The position numbers and the translations under genes are program-made. This document shows positions 59,170 through 64,000 of a stretch of DNA of 64,000 nt, one piece after another. Numbering within the stretch: the first letter of the stretch is position 1; every line of letters begins with the position of its first letter. The DNA is from Octopus vulgaris (Eukaryota): contig OX597830.1 of assembly GCA_951406725.2 (NCBI GenBank), positions 37,882,001 through 37,946,000 on the forward strand, in the 5' to 3' direction. The notes under the pieces are model-generated. The model did no database searches. It saw only the letters and a list, made by a program, of their open reading frames with translations, and was not told the origin of the DNA.

Positions 59170-62100
59170 GATTGATTGATTGATTGATTCTAGTTTCAGC
59201 TTATGAGCTGTGGCCATGCTGGGGCACCGCCATTTGGTGTTGCTACTTGGTTTCACTTCATGGAGGCTTTCTAGCAACTGCTATTTGGTGCATGAGAGAG
59301 TTCGATGCAGCTGCCCTCATCTGCCCCTCCTGCTGTGAAGTTGGTTCATCTGGGACACCTGACAGGAAGAGATCCAGCTTCATTTTAAAGACATCTGTAT
59401 CCACCCCATGCAGGTCTCTCAGGTTCTTCGGGAGGATATTGAAGAGCTGTGGGCCTCGGAAGCCCAGGCTATCACAGAATCTTGTCCTACATCTTGATGG
59501 CAGGTTTGGAGTCCTAGGCACCACGCAGTGGCGCCCAGTTCTGGCATTTGCGTAACTCTCGATGCCAAAGTTCAGGACACTTCCCTCCAGGATCTTCCAG
59601 ATGTATATTATGGCATATCTTTCCCGCCTACGCTCCAGGGAATATAATTTTAATCTCTTGAGTCTTTCCCAGTAGCTTACATTCTGCATAGAGGCTATCT
59701 TCTTTGTGTAGCTTCGTTGGATCGCCTCAAGTTCTGTGATCAACTTGACACTGGATGGTGACCATAGCTGAGAGCAATAGTCAAAGTGGCTTAGGACAAG
59801 TGTCTTCCAGAGGACCATCATGGTTTCTTGTTCTCTTGTTCTAAAGGTTCTAAGAATCCATCCAGCCAGCCGTCTACATTTCATTGTCAGTTTAGCAACA
59901 TGTACATGAAAGGTCGCGTCATCACTCATGTGAATACCCAGGTCACGCACTGATTGTGCCTCTGGGATTGCAATCCCTCCGGGTCCAGTGTATTCATTGG
60001 GTATTGCATTCAGTTTTGCATGCTGATAGTATAAAGCTTGAAACTTTCCAGCATTGAACTGCATGCTATTCTTTTCAGCCCACTTGTATATTTCGTCCAG
60101 CTCACATTGCAGGTGTTTAGTGTCCTCAGGGTTCTGTATTGCTTGTGAAACTTTTGTATCATCTGCATAACTTGTGATCGTGGCTCTCTGCGTGGCTGAG
60201 GGCATGTCTGAGAGGGCCATTATGAACAGTAGTGGTCCCAGAACAGTGCCCTGCGGAACACCGCTCACTATTTGTGTGTTAATGGAGGTGGCCCCATTGG
60301 CTACTACCACCTGACTTCTATCCTTCAGAAAGTCATGAAGCCATTCTCCCAGTTTTCCAACTATGTTGAGATCACGCAGTTTGTGACATATCATTCCATG
60401 ATCGACTTTATCAAAGGCCTTTGCAAAGTCGAGATATATCACTTCCACATTTGAGTGGTTGAGCAGCCGTTTCAGCACCCAGTCATAGTGTTGTAGGAGC
60501 TGAGTTAAACAGCTTCTCCCTGGTCGGAAACCATGTTGGGTGTCGGGCAGCAAGTCATTCTCTTCAAGGAAGGTGATCAGCTTCCTTCTGACTATTCGTT
60601 CCATGACCTTGCTGATGTGTGAGGTCAGAGAGATAGGTCTATAGTTCTTGGCTTCCGCTCTGCTACCTCCTTTATGAATGGGGCATATTTTACCTTCCTT
60701 CAGTTTTCCTGGAAGTTTGCCAGCTGCAAGGAAGCTCTGAAAGAGGAACTGCAGTGGTCTTGCTAGGACTCTCTTACATGCTTTTAGGAGGATTGCCGGG
60801 AATCCATCGGGGCCAGTAGCTGAGTCTGTTTTCATTTCATCTATAGCCTTGGTTACATCGTCTTCCTTTATATCGATGTAATCTATCGTCGCCGCCTCTG
60901 ATTTTATATCTGCAGTGGTAAAAAAGTCAGTTGGATTGGTGATTTGGAGATGCCCAAGGGGTGGAGTGAAAACACTCTTGAATTGCTCATTCAGTATTTC
61001 ACTTACCCTCATTGGTTTTCCTGTAAGTGTGCCATCCTTTTCAAGGAGTGGCCCTATTCTACAGTGCACTGTAGCTGTTTCTTTGGCATACCTGTAGAAA
61101 GCTCTGGGGTTAGATTTTATGTTTTCTATAGCCCAGGCTTCTTTGTCTGCTCTTTCTTTTTCATGGGAGAGTTGCAGACATTTTTCGATTTCCAACAGTT
61201 TTATTTTTAGGCGGGACTTTTCACTGCTTTCAATCTGTTTGTTTAGGCGATTTGAAAATTTCGTACGCCGTCTCATTAAAATTTTCCTCTCTCTGGGGAT
61301 TTTGTTCTTGTGTACAGTGGCCTTTCTCTCTGGGACACATTTGTAGCATATGGCTTGCATTACAGACATGAATTGTTGAAGTTTCACGTCGATGTCTGGC
61401 GAGGAGAGACATTCAGGCCAGTTTTGTTTGAGGATCTCTTTCTCAATTTGTTTCCAGTTTGCCTTATGGTAGTTCAAGCTGGAAAGATTTTGAGGGTTTC
61501 TTGTAGGCTGCATGTCCGTGCTCTCTTTTGGCCCGTACATGGTCAGCTCTATCATGTTGTGATCCGAGAGTAGTGTCGGTGTCACTTTCACATTATGGAT
61601 GAGATCCATGTCATTTGTGAAGCAGAGATCCAGTGTGTTACCTGCCCTGGTTGGTTGGAGTATTACCTGCTCCATGTACAGGGTGTTGATGAGGTTCAGG
61701 AGGGACCTCGCCTGTCCTCGTTCACATCTTGTCATTCCTGGGAGAGAAAGGCCCTCGGGCCATCTGACATTGGGCAGATTGAAGTCTCCCATAAGAAGCA
61801 CACCTATGTGTTGTTCTAATGTGGTTAGAATTTCTTCTATTTTTATAAGGCAGTCTTCGAACTTGCCCACATGGCTTGGGGCATCTGGAGGGCGATATGT
61901 AGCACACACAACTACATCAAGTTGCCTAATATGTACAATTAGTGTGTCACACACCGAGTTTGAGTATGACAAGAGGACCTGGGGTGTGAGGTCCTCACGG
62001 ATGTACATAGCAACACCTCCATGACTCCTTTCTTTCCTGTCGGTCCGTAGTACAGCATACTGTGGTATGTGTAACTCCGCATCTGCTATGTCCGGTTTCA

Positions 62101-62274
62101 GGTGCGTTTCTGTAAGTGCTATGCATAAGGCTTGATTGCATGCAACAAAGTCTCTCAGGAACGGGATCTTTGTCCTGTTACTGAGTGTTTGCAGTCCTCT
62201 GATGTTCAGTAGGAGTATCGAGGTGAGGTGTACGTTGTTGCCGGCGGTGTCCATCCTGTGGACACCGCCGGCAA
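59170..62274 (-). mobile_element. 5'-truncated CR1-group LINE copy (ORF2, short 3' UTR, (AATC)n tail)
   Basis: ORF2 as above; short 3' UTR with a CAGCT-CATA-AGCTG stem-loop, ending in (AATC)5 at 59170-59189; no ORF1 upstream; GC content clearly above the flanks. Confidence 0.93.
59258..62254 (-). CDS. LINE ORF2 (apurinic endonuclease + reverse transcriptase), CR1-group non-LTR retrotransposon, uninterrupted 998 aa
   Basis: APE motifs LLLNIRGL, IALTETHL, GGVAMY, GDFNLP, PTRAGNTLDL, SDHNMI; RT motifs NYRPISLTS, QHGFRPGRSC, YLDFAKAFDKV, GVPQGTVLGPLLF, YADD, RDLGI; CR1-type C-terminus SYWERLKRLKLYSLERRRER. No stops or frameshifts. Confidence 0.97.
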   Translation of the reverse strand: MDTAGNNVHLTSILLLNIRGLQTLSNRTKIPFLRDFVACNQALCIALTETHLKPDIADAELHIPQYAVLRTDRKERSHGGVAMYIREDLTPQVLLSYSNSVCDTLIVHIRQLDVVVCATYRPPDAPSHVGKFEDCLIKIEEILTTLEQHIGVLLMGDFNLPNVRWPEGLSLPGMTRCERGQARSLLNLINTLYMEQVILQPTRAGNTLDLCFTNDMDLIHNVKVTPTLLSDHNMIELTMYGPKESTDMQPTRNPQNLSSLNYHKANWKQIEKEILKQNWPECLSSPDIDVKLQQFMSVMQAICYKCVPERKATVHKNKIPRERKILMRRRTKFSNRLNKQIESSEKSRLKIKLLEIEKCLQLSHEKERADKEAWAIENIKSNPRAFYRYAKETATVHCRIGPLLEKDGTLTGKPMRVSEILNEQFKSVFTPPLGHLQITNPTDFFTTADIKSEAATIDYIDIKEDDVTKAIDEMKTDSATGPDGFPAILLKACKRVLARPLQFLFQSFLAAGKLPGKLKEGKICPIHKGGSRAEAKNYRPISLTSHISKVMERIVRRKLITFLEENDLLPDTQHGFRPGRSCLTQLLQHYDWVLKRLLNHSNVEVIYLDFAKAFDKVDHGMICHKLRDLNIVGKLGEWLHDFLKDRSQVVVANGATSINTQIVSGVPQGTVLGPLLFIMALSDMPSATQRATITSYADDTKVSQAIQNPEDTKHLQCELDEIYKWAEKNSMQFNAGKFQALYYQHAKLNAIPNEYTGPGGIAIPEAQSVRDLGIHMSDDATFHVHVAKLTMKCRRLAGWILRTFRTREQETMMVLWKTLVLSHFDYCSQLWSPSSVKLITELEAIQRSYTKKIASMQNVSYWERLKRLKLYSLERRRERYAIIYIWKILEGSVLNFGIESYANARTGRHCVVPRTPNLPSRCRTRFCDSLGFRGPQLFNILPKNLRDLHGVDTDVFKMKLDLFLSGVPDEPTSQQEGQMRAAASNSLMHQIAVARKPP

Positions 62275-62276
62275 TA

Positions 62277-62530
62277 TAATAAACGCGCTCTTTGAAAGCC
62301 TAGCCAGGCTCATGGGCCCGGTTTCCCGGTTTCAATGGCGTATGTCTTCCCCAGCTCGACGGGATTCCAGTCCATCGCAGCGTTACTCATTTTTGCCAGC
62401 TGAGTGGACTGGAGCATCGTGTAATGAAGTGTTTTGCTCAAGAACACAACGCGTCGCCCGGTCCAGAAATCGAAACCACAATCTTACGATCATGATGCTG
62501 ACATCCTAACTACTAAACCACGCGCCTCCA

Positions 62531-62531
<1 letters not shown>
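62277..62531 (-). mobile_element. tRNA-derived SINE family D (head and core shared with family C, different tail)
   Basis: Head tggtttagtagttagg...gtttcgatttc; core gttgtgttcttgagcaaaacactt...gctccagtccactcagctg as in family C; tail gcgatggactgg...gaaaccgggaaaccgggccc. Confidence 0.85.
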
Positions 62532-62605
<74 letters not shown>

Positions 62606-62619
62606 CCATGTAATATGCG

Positions 62620-62668
<49 letters not shown>

Positions 62669-63062
62669 CATTATGTTATTTAATATCATAAAGGGAAAAT
62701 TTTAAAATAGCTCGTACGTTTTCATAATACAATGCAACGTTTTTAGAAGGAACGAAAAAGGGGAGCTTGTTTCAGTACGTAAGCAATAGTCAATAAGTAA
62801 CCATTTCTAATCGAGAAACAATGCTAATTACTAATATAGAAACTATATCTTACAATAGTATTTTTGAGGTTATTTGTTCTTTACTATACAAAATGAAATG
62901 AACAGAAAACAACAGAAAGCCCACGAATTAGGAAATCGGCGTTGAAATGTGATGTACGGAAGAGTAAAGCAGCAACTAATTAAATTTTTTACTGCCTGCA
63001 TGATCATTATCTCTATATACAAATTAATGATAATATCAATTATAATGGCAATAATAATATTT

Positions 63063-63132
<70 letters not shown>

Positions 63133-64000
63133 GATAGTGACTATAACAAATAATGGAGTTAACAATTAAACAAGAACAAAATTAATAATTGATTAAAATT
63201 TTTGTTTCCTTGTCATTTTTGTGATTTTTCGGTAAATTTGAATAATCAAATTTGAATGGGAATTAGAGACAAAATGTCCACATGAAATCGGATAGAAATT
63301 AAACATAATTAATTAATTATAATTCTAAATCTGAAATGACAAAGAAACTGACAGAGAAATCGATAATATATTATTGACTATCGTGTGGTGGAATTGGCTG
63401 ACCAACTAATATATCAGTGCATGGGGTTTTCTTTATTTACCATTGGAATAGTTTAGTCCCCTAGCTTCTAAATTGACCTTACATTGAGGTTTTCTTATTG
63501 CATCCATTCCTAGGACAATGAATATGTAATATGGTCCATTTGGCGAACGATATTATCCATTTCAAAATATTTCATAATCGCTCTTCTTTTGTATGTGAAC
63601 AACAAATAGTGCTAATTTAATAATTTCACAACAAATTCACCATCATTTATAAAAAAAAAAATTGATTTTTCTGGTAGAATAGCTCAAGCAAAATATATAG
63701 AGGAGACTAAGTCAGCAATGCGACACAATATCATAAAAATGACAACATATCAAAATATGCTAAAAACACAGTTAAATAAATGCATTTTCGACATCTATAG
63801 CAAATAATATAAAAGCAACATTTTATAAATACCATAACTGGAAGCACGAATGCTAGCTTGCAGTTTAATGCGTAATCGTATACAGAAAGTACTGGCTGGA
63901 GAAATGCAGATAAATACAATTTAATACGGCAAAGTATTAAGCTCGAAATTAGCGCCAAGACTTGCTGTCTTCTGCTTTTTGCCTTTTTACTTTGCTATTT

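Noticed and set aside
59184-62024. Plus-strand ORFs inside the LINE
   Set aside because: Antisense shadows of ORF2.

Overview
AT-rich, microsatellite-saturated eukaryotic genomic DNA. The repeat make-up (dense (TA)n/(ATCT)n/(ACAT)n tracts, tRNA-derived SINEs with an internal microsatellite) looks like a cephalopod, probably Octopus; this is an inference. No host protein-coding gene is demonstrable, only two weak candidate exons, and almost all track ORFs are microsatellite artefacts. Real content: (1) one intact 998-aa APE+RT LINE ORF (CR1 group, minus strand) with a fold-back 5' junction; (2) decayed mariner, Tc1, R4/Dong-like and CR1 copies; (3) at least four SINE families, the commonest sharing a covarying 3' stem-loop with the intact LINE; (4) several unrelated short repeat families carrying minimal type-I hammerhead-ribozyme motifs, of the kind linked to Penelope-like elements. 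These include a U3-A8 core variant, an inverted terminal copy ending at the predicted cleavage site, and two palindromes centred on hammerhead stem II. All calls are by eye; no database search or folding program was run.
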